64,000 nt of DNA from contig JAYWIR010000032.1 of the NCBI GenBank assembly GCA_036172245.1, forward strand, positions 1,612,001 through 1,676,000, in the 5' to 3' direction. How positions within the stretch are numbered: position 1 is the stretch's first letter; each line of letters begins with the position of its first letter. The translations under genes were made by a program, and so were the position numbers. The DNA comes from Raillietiella orientalis. Taxonomy: Eukaryota. The notes beneath the pieces are model-generated. The model did no database searches, was not told the DNA's origin, and worked only from the letters and a program-made list of their open reading frames with translations. This document shows positions 11,281-25,400 of this stretch, piece after piece.

Positions 11281-14200
11281 TGAAAGGAAAGCAGCCAACA
11301 CAGAAGAAACCCAGCAGAACAGCAGACCCGCTTTCCTGTTGATGACCGCTGCTTGTACGATCCCCAGTAAAGACCGGCCTCGGAGGATGTCTTCAGTTTC
11401 CACGGTGGAGACCGCGACAGGAGACTTTTTTTCGTCTCCAATTTTTTTCCCCTTTCCTCTACGGAGGGGGGGTTCTCTACCAGCCGACTCAGCTCCAGCC
11501 GATTCCATGGCAGCCTCCTTTCCCTGCACACCTTTCTGCGTGCTCGATGTGAGGATTCCCAGATGTTTCTCTCCAGAGCTGACCTCAAATTCTTGTTTTC
11601 TTTCGGTCTCAGAAACCGCTCTTGAAGTTTCCCCTTCCGGGGAGCTTCCGTCGAAGCATTTCTTCCACGACCACCATTACCGGTTTACCTACTGGTGGCG
11701 TGAGGAACCAGTTCCCCCTAGATGCAATACGAGGCAGCTTTCGTCGAAGGGGAGCACGGGATGAATGGCGCAAGAAATTCCTTCAGTAGGCTCCGGCCTC
11801 AAGCAGGTCGCATTCTTTCTTAAGGACGCGAAAGTTCCTCAAAAGATTCGAGCGTCCGCGGTGCTCGGCGTGCGAGCGAAAAATGGAGGCGTTTTCTCCC
11901 TACGATGACTCCATGTCCGATGTCTTTTCCATGAGGAGCTTGCAAAGACTGTGAAAGCTACCATCTCTGTGTTGAGGAAAAGAACCACCGATGGCACGAG
12001 ATTGACCAAGCACGACGCAGCTGTGGATAATCCCTTTCTGACCAATTGGTTCTCTTGCTGAATCTATTCTGAAGACTGGCTGATACCTGTCACGCCTTTC
12101 TTTTTCCTTTTTTTTTTTTTTTACTTGAACCATCGCTCACACATCCTCTCATTCATATTGAACTTATTTGTACCGTTGTTCGTGTTGTTTCCGAATTCCT
12201 CATGGCTGATTTTTTTTTTTTTTTTACTTCTTGCACATCCGATTTTACAAAACGACGTCAATGGGATGACAGCGTGCTTCAGAACGCGCAAAAACAAGAA
12301 GAAAAAAACACGAAAGCCGATCTCGGAGACACCCATGAGGATTCGTTCAGGCTTTTCCGGATCTTGAGAACGAACGTAGCCCAGTGTGAGCCGTTTGCTT
12401 GGAGCCCAGTTGGGTCTTTTAAAAACTTTTCATAATGGTCATCTGCTGGGCTAATCGTCTTTCGGCCCACGGGTTTTCCGCATCTTCTTTCCATGTTCTA
12501 ATGATCAATCAGCAACAGGAGACTTCCGAGACTCACGCGCAGTGAGCTGCAGTATTTGCAGGATCTTCACCTTCTGAAAACCGGACTGCCTCTCACTGAA
12601 GACAGGGTCTCGTTACCTCTTGCATTGGATTCCTCTAAACGTCAGCTGTCTAAGGCTGTTTGCAGAGCGGAGGAACGTAGCACACTCAGGGGAGGATCCA
12701 TTTCCTTATTTTTTTTCCGACTCGTGCCATGCTATAAAAAAGCCAGGGCCAAAATTTTCAGCCGAAGGGAAATTGGTCTACCTAAACATCAGACCGAGTT
12801 TTCCCACGTCACGATGCGTTTCACCGAACAGAACATCGGAAACAGATCTGCAGCCTCGGTAGATCGCTGGCTCGAAGCATCTCTTGGTAAAGCCTTTTAG
12901 AGTTGCCGAGCGTGTACGTGCGTTGTACGGTAAACTCTTCAGCAAAGACACCAGCGTACCGCATTGCGCCACATGCTTCATTGTATGAAGCAGGTAGGAG
13001 TCACTGTCCCGGTGCTTACCTTGAATGAGAAGACGGACAGATAGTGCACTTCAGCCACAGATAAGTCGGTTTTGATTCGGGAAACAACGCGTCCCTCCGT
13101 TGACGAAGAAAGGGTTCGTGCCGGTTCTGGTTGCATCCGGAGATAAAAGAGATGAAACTGGAAACCAAGTAAAAGTGGAAGAACGAAACTGAAGAAAAGG
13201 GAACTGATGGACGGCGAAAGTGAAGCGAAATGAAGTTAAATGCGATGGGACTGAAAACCCGCGGATCATATCGGGAAACGTGCAAATTCCAGAATCAACT
13301 CGCAAACAGCGCGCGGGCGATTCAGCTTTTGGTGGACGCAAAGTGGTCGCAGCATCGACTGCTAAGCGTGAAAGCGAAAGAAAAAAAAAAGGGGGGGGGG
13401 GGAATGGATGAAGAGTGCCAACGACAACTCTTTGGTGCTCGAGACATGAATTATTTGCCTTCGTGGCAAAATAAGAGCCCTCTTGCTCCTCATTTCCGTT
13501 CCACCCTGGACGGAAGTTCATCTGGAGCACATGAGCATCTCGGATTTACTAGGCGCGATTTTTTTTTTTTTTTCCACTCATTATCTGCGAATTATCTTTT
13601 TTTGCCCCTCGAGTGTCCTCATTTCTTGTCACTTTGCAACTTTTACCCACTGGATGAAATCAAGCAGCCCAGAGTTCATCCCTAGGAAGAATCTTCCTTT
13701 TCAACGAATCTTCATGAGCACATGCTGACCAGACAAACGGAAGCGGCAGCGAATACTTCCCGCGGAAAGCTTGCCAACCTCAGAATGGCAATCAGGAGAG
13801 TGCACATTGCGAAGAATTTCTACTATTCCAAAGGCATCGAGAGTGACGGTAAGTTGCGGTGAAAACAAAAAGGGGGTGTTTTTCGAAAAGTATCAAAGTG
13901 TTTGAGAGCAGTGCGTGCGATGAGGATGAGTCGGCGGCGGTGACTCCGGAATCATCCTTTGCTGTTCGGAGAAGTGAAAGGCACCACACGTCATGGGATG
14001 GTGTCTCATTATCAAACTGTTAGCATTTTGAGACAGATACGCTTCTCATTTGCATATCCTAGGAAGTTACATTACATTTACGGGCACATAACGTGGAACT
14101 CGTTTCGAAAGGCTGTCATATGTATGCTAACTGCTTGCAATCTCCATCCTTTCAGAAGAATGGATGCAGGTCGTTCCAGAAAACAGGGAGAATTTGAAAT

Positions 14201-15465
14201 TGAAATTTCTTAAATTTCGGCTTATGAAATCGGCATGTCTGACTAGATGGTTGCGAAACGAATCTCGAGTCCATCACCAGTCAGCAGACATCTCCAGACT
14301 GCTTGGATCGTGGCTATTTTCGAACGAAAATCCACACAGACAAGTGGATGCTCTTTAAAAGGCAATTAAAGCTTGCAGAACAGGAAATGACACAGAGGCA
14401 GAAAGTAATCAGAATGTTGGTATAATCGTCGAAGGAAATTGGCTACTTGAATGCTGATGAGGCCCTACGAGACTCCATGTAGTAACTTGAAAAATTATCA
14501 TCAGGGAAATTAGGGAAATCGAGTTGTTCATGAGAGGATGCACTCGTGAACTGAAAATCCGAGCACTTTTCAAAGGTGCAGTGGAGTTTTGGAGATACGA
14601 GTAGAGAGCAATATAGAACATTTTAGGACGGCTACAAAACCAAACTTTTGTAATACACTTGTGAATTACTTCGTCATCAGAATGCTAAATCCAATCTCTT
14701 GAATACACCCACGAAATCACATCTCCAATACTTCTGATGTCGTTACTGCTAATAATTCTATTAACGAATACTTTGTTGATACCGTTGCACTCTTGTCCAC
14801 ACTCAATGGATTTTGTCGAAAGCATCATGATATTCATACGTGAAATTTCTGCAAGAGAACCCAACAGGAGAGGGATGTGCACTGGACCTCTTCGTAGTGT
14901 GGTTCATAATTAGCATCATAAAATCCAAAGGAACGTTCGTATTTTTGGAATTCGGAACACATGCCACTTTTCGGTTAGGGAATAATCTTTCTTAAAAAAA
15001 AAAAAAACGAATGTATACATTAATTGGAAGGCATGCCTATTTTTGCCATCATGTTGAGCATTTTTACAAATAGCAGAAACTATTTTATTGGCTTTGAAAA
15101 GAATTCCTACTCGTGATATGCACTAAAACGTATGAAAAAAAATAAATCTGATGCAAAATCAATTAGGGAAATGATCAAAAGGAACAAAAAAGTGTCAAGC
15201 GAATAAAATTTGGGCACAGCACTTCAAATGTTGTTGCACTATTCACCCGAAAAAATAACACGAACGAATAATAATAATAATAGCTGAAAAATATAACAAA
15301 AAAGAGAGGATTCTACTGTTTATTTCGGGTAAAGAAGAATCTTACACATTGAGATTATCCCGAAAATTGCTTGGGTCACAAAAGCAACGGCAACCAAGTG
15401 TGAAGTTTGCAATCCTGCTGAACTCCTGGGCTGCCATCTCAGTACGGGTTGCCAAGGCATCAGTT

Positions 15466-15835
15466 TAGAGGTGGTGAACCTCTTTTCGCGTGCGTGCCAA
15501 AAATTTATAAATAATATTCATCAAGATGCTGACATGCCAGGGTGTTTTTAATAAGAGAAAAAAAAACAGAAACTGATTATTTCAGAATCTCAATGGAATA
15601 ATGTAAAGGTTTAGATGAAGTAATGGAAAGTAAATAAAGAATTTCATAAATATTCAGAACTTGACATACATATTTTAATAATCAATGGAATTTTTGTTGT
15701 TGCATTTTTGATGCCAACTGATCGAGTAAAAAAGTTTTTTGTGATTAATGTTTTTTGTTTTTTACTTATTAATGTGCCAGCAAACTTTTCGTGCGTGTCA
15801 CGACTGACACGAGTGCCATAAGTTCGCCACCACTG
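15466..15835. mobile_element. hAT-family (Charlie/Buster-like) MITE
   Basis: Ends TAGAGGTGGTGAACC ... AGTTCGCCACCACTG (CAGTGGTGGCGAAC-type TIR) with subterminal CGTGCC motifs. No clear TSD. Confidence 0.65.
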
Positions 15836-17329
15836 GGATAGTGGGATTTATTTCGAATCAAATGCAACGATTCCGTAGGAACCTTGAGAGAAAGATCGCA
15901 AACGTTCCTGCAGTCGTATCATGCAAGTTTTTATGGTTTACGTGATCTCAGTACTCTATAAACGTCTCAGTACTCTATAATAGATTTGGTGCTCGTGTTC
16001 TAATGTGCACGAGAACAAAACACAGAAGTATGAATGTGATTCGGTTGCGATTTGCTGTCTGCTACATGCCCACTTTTCGTATAAAACGTAAATATAAATG
16101 GTGGTGGATTAATTTAAACTAAGGAATTAAATTCCCTATCTAAAATGAAAATCAAACGAGAAATCACCGTTGTCCTTTTGAATGCCTTTTTAAAGCCCAA
16201 GAGAAACAAATGTATGCGTCATTTAAATTAAGTTTAAAGAAGTCTTGACGCTTAGAACACGAATAGAGCACATAAATACTGCGATTGAAGGTGAGTCATT
16301 ATTTATTGAAGGAAACGAAATATGCAATAAAGTAGTATTCCGACCATAAAAGTCCATGACTGAAAAACTTTAGAATGACAAGTCGAATGTAATGCAAATA
16401 TGAATGTAAAAAGTCATTGAGCAATCGCTTCTTCTCCTAACAACGAAAAGTTCCTCTACAAAAGTGACCGGACTCGATGGAGAAGATTTCCAAGCTGCCG
16501 ACAAACCTCAGACTGCGAATCCGCGCATCCAAAATTATACGTGGAAATTATGGAAACGGATTTCGTAGAATTCGCGGTGATCCTAATCCTCCCACCCGCC
16601 TTTATTCATATTTGTTTCTGCCAGGGAAAGAGGGAACTATTTTTTTGGATCGTGTTTGCTTGCATTGAAGGGGGGAAACTTGGTGGGCTCCAATCAACTG
16701 CGAAAGCAACTGCAAACTCTTCCACGACAAGCATCGAGAGGCATTTGGGATGGCATTTGAACGTAGAAGCTAGAGGCTATAGCAGAAGGTGTTCTGTGCA
16801 TGCAGCATCTGCAGCAATGTTGGCGAACAACCAGTCCTCCTTTCCCCAAAGTCCTTTCGAGGGGTGGGTTGTCGCGCATGTCCTTTCCGTCATTGCACAT
16901 TTGTTCCAAGGGACTTAATTCCACAGGCCCGCCTTTCTTCACCCAAGCGCAAACCTACGTTGCTGGACAAGTAAGGATAGCTTCACTTTTGCTTCCATGC
17001 TCTCCCTACTGAAACACAAATGCACCCGCGTTCTCCCTACGGGAACCTGGAAACTCCATGCAAGCATCACATCTGACCATTTGATCTTGCGCTCTTGAAA
17101 AAGGAGTTGCCTGTTACTGGAGACGGTTTCTTTGAAATACCAGCAAATCAGGTGAGGCGGCGTGCATCGCGTCAGTTAAGAGGATTTCAGGAATTCCGAA
17201 GAGTACACGGAATAACGAATGTTCCAGAGCGGGAAAGTCCGAAGCGATGCGACCGGGTTTCTGCTCTTCACGAAAGTAGCAGAGGGCTGGAAGAGAGGGA
17301 AATTCTTCCTGCAAGTGCACAGATCACCC

Positions 17330-17950
17330 CCTCGGCGATCTGGAAGGACGGGGGGGGGGGGCTGACCAGTTGGCAGTAACGGATCATTCGTCGACGTGCT
17401 GGCGACCGGGGAGACTTCAGCATCCACGCCACGCCTAGTAGAAGGTGGATGCAGAAAGCCCTCCAAGCCGAGTTCACCAGCCGTGCTGCACGCATCCAGA
17501 CGAAGTGTGCCATGCCCAGGACTTCCCAGAAATGCAAGCCGTGCGGCCTTGAACAGGAAGAGGTTCGGAATTCCGTCTTCACGTGCGCAGAGGCAACGTG
17601 AAGACAGAATTCACGCGGAGCTTCCGAAGTGATCGTTCGGTGCTTTCCCCCGTCGGGAGGCGACGTGTGGTCCACCGGGCGGGGAAGCTTGCGGGATCGT
17701 CGCCGCAACGTTAGCATTTCGGATGCTGCGCAGCCGACGCCGTGCGCAGGGGCTGGAGGAAGTCGTGGGAGGCCGATGAGATCACGTGAGCGGCTGCGCA
17801 ACCAAGTCCTCACCGGAGGGACGTCCCCGGCGAGCCGAGTCCACGGATGCCTCGGGAACACGCGAACGCCTTCGGGGATTGAGGGAGTCGCTCCCGCCTC
17901 GACGGGATCAATTGCACGCTGGCCGCCTTTTTTTGCGAGGAGCTGTCCTT
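17330..17950 (+). mobile_element. Possible decayed LINE APE endonuclease region
   Basis: 'GDFS' (GDFN-like), 'FTC' and 'REDRIH' (RIDRIY-like) in the expected order across frameshifts. Confidence 0.3.
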
Positions 17951-18090
17951 GCGCGGACTTGCCTGGCGGGTGGACTGCCGCCGTGACCACTCGAGCTTTT
18001 CCTCCAAGATCGTTCAACGATATTCCTCTCTTTGCAGACACTCACGTCCTGCTCCATGGCATCACCGATCACACTTTAGCCATCTCTAAA

Positions 18091-19253
18091 GCGGTGTCCG
18101 TCAGAATGCCGAAAGGTCATAAAAACAAGTTTCTATTACGTATATTAATACGTACATTCATGTATGGATTTACATGCAAATTTCTTTTACCGTACGTGTT
18201 CATTAACATACCTATTATTAATAGAATTATTAATTCAGCACGTGTATTTATCGATACTTATTAACATACATATCATCAATACGATCAATAATGTGTTTAT
18301 TACATATATTCATATATAGATTAATGCATCGATAAACATATATTAAAAAGATTATAAAAAAATAAGCACATATGTTTATTATGTATGTTTTATATGTATA
18401 TACAGATCAGTATGCAAATTTATTTTAACATACATATTTATGAATATTTGTTAACATACATATTTATGAATATTTGTTAACATACATATTATTAATTTGA
18501 TTAAGAGTACGTTCATTATATATTAATATATAGATTCTAAAAATATGTTTACTACATACATTAATGCATATTTACGCATGTAATGAATATATGTTAAATG
18601 AATATATAAATATCGAATTATAAACATTTATTTATGAAACGATCGAAATTCCGAAAATAGAATTCGTCATTTCCTGCGAAACTTTCATTTTGTTGAGTAT
18701 TGGAAATGACGAGAAAATGGAATACCAAATTTTGTTTTTGCTTTTTTAATTTGTTCTTTTGCTTTTATCCACTACTTTTAATTGTCCCCATTAATTCTTA
18801 TTTTGTTATAATTCGATATTTATTTATTCTTTCAATGTATATTTATAATATAGATAAATTTATGTAATTAACATACCTGTATTTTTATAATCTTTAATAT
18901 ATATTAATAAGATATCAATGCATATTATTAGTATAATTAGTATGTCAATAAATATCAATGAATACATATTCAGAATAATATTAATGTTAGTATTATGTAT
19001 GCTGATAAATATCAATAATATGTTTGTTAAAATGAACTAGCATATTAAACGCTCATAATACATTTGTGTATTTACGTTAATGTGTTTATTATGTATATGA
19101 AGATATATATATATATATATATATATGAATATATTTTAATATACAAAATAAACATACATATTTATGTTTAATCTTTACAAGACACATCAGTCTATGCAAT
19201 AAGCATATGTATTTACTTTTCAGATCGTTCGGAATTTTGACTCAACCCTCCCT
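18091..19253. mobile_element. AT-rich MITE-like element, copy 2 (opposite orientation to 7715-8410)
   Basis: Imperfect terminal inverted repeats (GGTGTCCGTCAGAATGCCGAAAGGTC / GATCGTTCGGAATTTTGACTCAACCC) bound a sharply AT-rich block with a 26-nt internal tandem repeat at ~18427-18490. Confidence 0.55.
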
Positions 19254-20299
19254 GAAGGCCGCTTCGGCGCGAGCGGCTGCTCGGATACCGTCGGGGTGTG
19301 CACGAGGAGTCTTCTGTACGGAACTCTTCCTTTGCTTTTGTTTCCAGAACTCACATAAGAACATGTCACAATGGAAGGCGTTCCTTGGTCCGCAGGTCGC
19401 TACTGCTTCCTCCCTTGCGATTGTGCTTTCTCAGAAAGTGGGACGCCGTAGCATTCTAATGGCCCCCCCCTATCGCCCGGCAGAATCCAGCGCAGAAATT
19501 CCTATGATCCGTTCAGAATGTGCGACATCTTGTGTGCCTCAGATCTGGAATCACGGAAGTGTTGGTTGTGAGTTCGAACATTCGTGGGGAACGAAATCTC
19601 TTCGTGATTCCCGTTCTCAAGAGAAAACACTTCCGTATTGGGGTTTTTGTCTTTTAATCGACTTGCGCACTCGGAATCCACACACCTTTCTCGCTGAAGC
19701 GGATCAGCGAAAGGTGCGGGCAACATTGTGAGTTCATCTAAAGCCTTCCCAAAGATTAAGTGTCAAAGGTCTCTCTCTCCTATTCACGTAGTAGAAAGCT
19801 TTATTAAGCGTGTACGTTGATACCACCGAATACAAAGTTCCTCCTTTCCCCAAGCTGACGGTACTTTGTTTTTTTTTTTGCGTTTCGTGTCCCAGGTGTT
19901 GCTTCTTATGCTGCACCATGCCTGAGCCCCGAAAGAATTTTCACCTTATCAGAAAGACCATGGAAACGCCTCCATAAGCCGTGTAAGCCCTTGAAGTTGT
20001 CCTGGAGAAGGCAGCTCAGGAAAATTTCCATTGAATCTTCGCGAACGCTGCTAATTCTTAAATTAATCCTGGAAGAGTAACGTGGCGTCACATACGACAC
20101 ACGGGAACTAAAATGTGCAGACTCCCCGCCATGGTCAGTGCTGCGGGCATTCCGCCGCAGCCACCCCTTACTAAGCCTCCATTATGCCTGCAGTCGCAAC
20201 TGCGTGCACATCGGTCGGTTTTGGTGCATTTTGTGTCCGACTGTGTCGTGTACGACACCACGACACCACCTGCGAAAATTTCTACCCACGGCCGCCCCT

Positions 20300-20850
20300 C
20301 GCAATGGAATTTTCACACAGAATCAACTGGAAGGGTTGGTTGGACGCTGCGGAAGACGAGGAGCTGATTCGGAAGAGTTTTCATCCGATGGAGACCGAGA
20401 TTTGGATGACCATTCGGCAGCAGAGAGCGAACAAGACGACGAATTTGCAGCTGCTGAAAGTCTTCCATGGAATGTTAGACGGGACCGGGATAAATTCGTA
20501 TGCGGCGTTCAGTGCCAATAACCTTGAGGGGAATCCAAATTATAAAGTTATTTCCAGAAAAATGCTCCTTCAAAATTTAGGACACACCAGCTTGTGACAC
20601 CTCATGCTGGAACGCCGGTTACCATGCGAAAATCTGTCCCGTCATCTGCGAAATTTGATTTTGTCCGTGCTGAACGAAGAAGATCTGAGGTTCCACGATG
20701 TTCCACAAGAAGCTTCGGCCGTCCATTAGCGCTGCGAGATGGACCCACGTTCCGCCGGCCGGAAAGGAAGGTGCAGCAAAAAGGTCACGTGCGCCCAGCA
20801 CCGAAGGCCTTTATGCTGTGAATGTGCGCATAACTTACAAAATGATTTGC
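20300..20850 (+). mobile_element. Internally deleted piggyBac transposase remnant
   Basis: Acidic N-terminal-like 'DSEEFSSDGDRDLDDHSAAESEQDDE' joined to the piggyBac C-terminal motif 'VFHGMLDGTGINSYAAF...ISRKMLLQNLG'. Confidence 0.7.
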
Positions 20851-22343
20851 AGAGATAATGTAATTCATTAACAAGATAAAATGTTTATGAAAAATTATGA
20901 AATGTGTATAATTTGAATTGGCCTCCTATAGGACACCATTTATGTACTCAATCGTCACGTTACCCTTCTACATAGAATGGGGCAGAAGAACTGCATACCC
21001 TCTGGACTCTTTTCGAAATCTGCACGCTGTTCGCAGAAACCATGTTGGGTTGTTGCAGGACTTGGACCGCTCCCTTCCTCATCTATCAAACGCAGCCCCA
21101 AAGTCGCTTCCTATCTGTAGAATGATGTGAGCGAGAGCCACACCATCCTAGAGGTGGAGGAGCTGGACACCCAACCCCGTTGTAAGCTTCTTCCACACAG
21201 TTGCCCGTGCTTTTGGCACGGTTAGGTAATCAGCTGTTCGCAAAATGCAAACAGGAATCTGCAGAAAACCGGAAGAGGAGCAGTGGCTCCGTTTGGCCGA
21301 AAGCCGGAGTGTCATTTGTGCGATTCTGACCAGGAAAAGCCAGGGAAAATTGGAAGCTCCCAGTACACGGCCATGAGATGAAAAGGAAGAGGACGATAGT
21401 GCCGTCGGGGAGGCCAGAGGTAGGATCCAACGTGAAAGCATGCAGCAGCAGCTACCCGACAGGTCAACTAACGTCTCCACCGGGAGAATGCCTCTTGCCA
21501 AAGAGTTCCTAAACCCGCAAAGTTCAAACGTACAAATCGTGCCGCACTTGTAGGACGTTGCATGACTCGAATGATCCCCTTGTCACAGTTTCCTCATCTT
21601 CTATGCGATGCCGTCCGTGGTAATCTCTTCATAAACTGCCAGGATCGCTTTTGATCCTTTTTTTTTTTTTTTTTTTTTTACCATGGAACGTTCTTTGTGT
21701 GAGGTAAATACGTGGATTATCCCTCAGCGGTCGTTTCAGCAGGCACAGCAGTGCGTGCTACATAAAAAGAAAAGCGAAAGAACTGCTTTTACACACTGAG
21801 AAATGTGTGTTTGGTACATCGTGATGGGAGTGCAAATGGCATTACGGAACCTACTGGCCAATCTGACACGGATGGCCGAAATCAAGTTTTTTTTTTTTCT
21901 TAAATGGATGCAGGCGCCAGCAATTACATGACGTGTTTTTTTCTCCCTCTCCAAGTACCGAGGAATAGAATGGTCTCCACGTACAAACGGCTGAAAGCAA
22001 CGATTTGTGTTTGCTCGAATTCCGGGATGCTGCAGCATAAAGTTCTAGATTTCTGGCCGAACTTTTTTTTTCAAGTCCCACGTGATGCGCGAGAAGATGG
22101 TTGTGCATGAACTTCGTCTGTTCCTTCTGATTCCGAGAGTACCGCCTTTTCTCGAGTGAGGCCATCAGATTTTGCATGCGCCACTTTCACTGCAGTTGCC
22201 GGGATGCGCCTCCGAATCATTTCGCACGCCGATCGATTGCCGTTTCCTCCGGTTCCTCGTGTGCATCTCCAGACGGGTAAAAAACTAACCATCTGTCGAA
22301 ATGGAAAGCGAACAAGAAAGCTTTTAAGAAGCGAACGGACCTA

Positions 22344-23219
22344 TGAGGGGCATCTCCAAAGTGAAGGCCGATCGGATAGAAAGAAAGAGTACACAAGGGA
22401 AACAAAAATGTGCATTGGTGGCTCGAAACACATACATCCCCACGTCATCTTTCTACGTGGTCGCCCCATTTTTTCCCCAACCACTTTGGATACCGTGGAT
22501 GGAGCTTTTTTTTGAAACCCTATGCATGAAATTCTGCCTCCTGGGAGTTCAGACCGTTCAGCAGCGCTGCAGTTTTCCACTCCTCGCTTTCCCCCTCGAA
22601 TCGTCGAGCCACTTCTGGAGGCGCAGGAAGACGTGAAGGAAGTCGCTGGGCAGGACCGCAGGGTGGGTGATCGAAAAACTTAACCATCTGAATTTCCCAA
22701 TTGTCTGGAGCGTGAGGACAGCAGCGTGTGGGAGCAAAAGGGTGCGCTTTCGGTGGACTTTACGGAGCCTGGAGCCACCGTCACCTGGAGCCACCGTCAC
22801 CTTGCGAGTCCCCTGCGAAACCTTTCGGAACTGCGGCGTGCCTTTCAGCAGCAGAACGACGACGTGGAATGCTGAGATCGGGAAGTGTTGTTCTTCTCCT
22901 TAGCAACCACGCGCGCCTTGGCAACGCATGCTGTCCGCTCATTCCGGACGATTCGGAAATTCAGATGGTTGACTTTTCGATCACCGACCTTACAGTCCTG
23001 CCCGGTGACTTCCTTCACGTCTTCCTGCACCTCCAGAAGTGGCTCGACGATTCGAGGGGGAAAGGGAAGAGCTGAAAACTGCAGCGCTGCTGAATTGGCT
23101 GAACTCCAAGGCGGCGGAATTTCATGCGGAGGCTTTCAAGAAAGCTCCATCCACGGTATCCAAAGTGGTTGGGAAAAAATTGGTGACTACGTAGGCCTTC
23201 ACTTTGGAGATGCTCCTCG
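22344..23219. mobile_element. Mariner-derived foldback MITE, copy 1
   Basis: TA followed by the TIR (T/C)GAGGGGCATCTCCAAAGTGAAGGCC. Both arms carry decayed mariner C-termini ('PSDFLHVFLRLQKWL', 'GWEKIGDYV'). Near-identical inverted copy at 51979-52933. Confidence 0.85.
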
Positions 23220-24959
23220 TGCCAATAGCTGAGCTCTTCAAACGACGCCTATGAAAACAGCTTCAAGCACTCTTCTTTTTCTTTTCCTTTTTAGAGCATT
23301 TGACTTTCTTGTGCTTCGAGCCTGTACGACACAGCACTCTGATCTTCAGAGGACTGACCGAAAAACAAGTGTGGTCTGTTATGACCACTGAGTATTCTCT
23401 TCCGCTACCCATCACTACAGCTTTCCGCTTAGCCACTATAGCCGCCGTCTGTACCGGCGGATCATCTTGTGGAGGACCATCATCTCATAGCCCGGAGTCA
23501 GGAGCGAAAAGGTCGAACGGGAGTGCATTTTTGGGAATTCGGAAATAGGAGCGGTTTTGCTGTTACTAATCGTGACTCGCATACCCGTTCCAGGATACCT
23601 GAGATGTGGTTCATTTTCTAATGAACAGATCTTGAGCGTCCACGGGCGTGGAAAAAAAATCATGGACAGCGGTACAGTTGTAAGGCAATTTATTGTCCTT
23701 AGATCATTCCTGTGACTTCAGTGGAAAGCCCCATGAATAGCTGTGCTTCTAACCACTTTGGAAACATGCTGATTAGGAGGGAAATCGGAAACATCCTGCA
23801 GCCCAGTCTCAGAGAGGGATAGGTCACCATAAGGAAAACATGGAATCGTCTTTTCCCTTTCTTCCTCACGTTCCCTGCCTGAATATCCCTGTGTTCGGAA
23901 AGATGGCAATCCGAACAACTGGGCTCTCAGAACACAGGTGGTGCAAGCTGGACACCGTTCAGGCCTGGATCGCTCAAAGAAAAGCAAGCAGTCGCTTGAT
24001 TCGTGGCGAACATGAATGTACACGAACAAGGCGGACTTCCATCGAAAGCTTTCGACATCTGTGAATCGATAAGGGCAACGAGTGTAAGTAGGAAAAGACT
24101 CCGCAAGATGGAACTTTTATCCCTTTCGATCGACTCGTTTCCTGGTTCTCTTGAGAGAAGTGCAATCCTTTTTTTCCGAGCTTCAGAAAACGCCACTTTC
24201 TTGCACAACTTGCGTTCCGACGGTGCTGCTTTCGAAATCCAAGAACGGCGACGGCTGCTGTGTCCAGCCCTTGGGAATATGCTCGAGGAAAGTTCCCGAA
24301 AGAAAGTCCACTCCGAAATCGTTTCCTTACTTTGCAGAGAGATCTTCCAGGAGTTGCTTGGAACTCTCGTCATCGTGCACTACGCGGAAGACGCCGCCAC
24401 AGCTTCCGAAACTGCCAACTACAGGGCTAAAAATCGTCTTCACTGAAGTTCTCGTGGAACACGAATGGGATGCAGTCATGCATGATTTTAAACCTTGCAG
24501 TCAGTGGGGTGTTGCATGTTGCAGATCCACGTGTTGCTGGATTGCCAAACTACCTCTAGTTCTTCCTGTGTGTGTTTTCAAAAAAAAAAAAGCAAAAAAC
24601 CTGCTGGGCTGTGGAAAACTGGAAATTTGCCTATAGTTGACCCGGAAGTGAGCCGTTCCTTATTTACTCCTCTGAGGAGAATCGCGGAGGGAACGCTTCC
24701 CGTTTTTTTTTCCCCGAAAAGGCTCCTCCCAGAAAGGAGAAGCATGCTTCCAAAAACAAAAAAAAAAACGGGAGTGATCCTCCCCTACCTGAGGGGGGTC
24801 GACTCCGTGACACAAACCGGAGGGGAACCTGGACTTGTGGAAAAAAACTCCGGAGGACCTGCTCCCTATTCCTGCTGGTTACCTGGAGCATCCCGGTCTC
24901 CGACACGAGCACGAGTTGTCTTGCCATCGCCACACCCGAGGCCTGCGAGCAGACCAGCT

Positions 24960-25400
24960 TCCTGCAGGGGGAGCTCGGAGCGACGCGACCATTGTCCGAG
25001 CCGGTCTTTCATAGTGTTGGATGTAGCCCGGGCACTCTACACCCGACACCATCATTCTGTTGTCCTTTTGGAGCGCTAAATCTGGTCCAGAGGGAGGGAT
25101 GCCTTCACTAGGGGCATGTCTTTTTTGCTATAAAGAGCTTTCGTCAGGTCAGCGTCGGTTGAGGACCACGGTTTGTCTGCGCAAGTACTCACTGCTTACC
25201 ATTCCATGCCAGCAAAAGCCAGTTCCGCACTAGGGTCCCGTACGGGGTAGCTGACGAGGACCCGCCTGAAGGACCGAAGGTGGTCCGGTTGTCGTAGCAA
25301 CTCCCCTTCCTCCCCCAGTGCCGGGCCATGTGCACGGTGGAGCGCCAACACGGAGACGAGCCATCCTGCATGAGTTCCTTTGGCGCATTTCTTTTAGATG
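24960..25400 (-). mobile_element. Possible decayed RLE domain of a non-LTR retrotransposon
   Basis: 'EYLRRQTVVLNR' (RHN.V-like) then 'PDLALQKDNRMMVSGVECP' (PD..D-like). Confidence 0.4.

Noticed and set aside
21647..21679. TCGCTTTTTGATCCTT, matching 28S, followed by poly-T
   Set aside because: Only about 16 nt, low complexity, with no flanking rRNA similarity.
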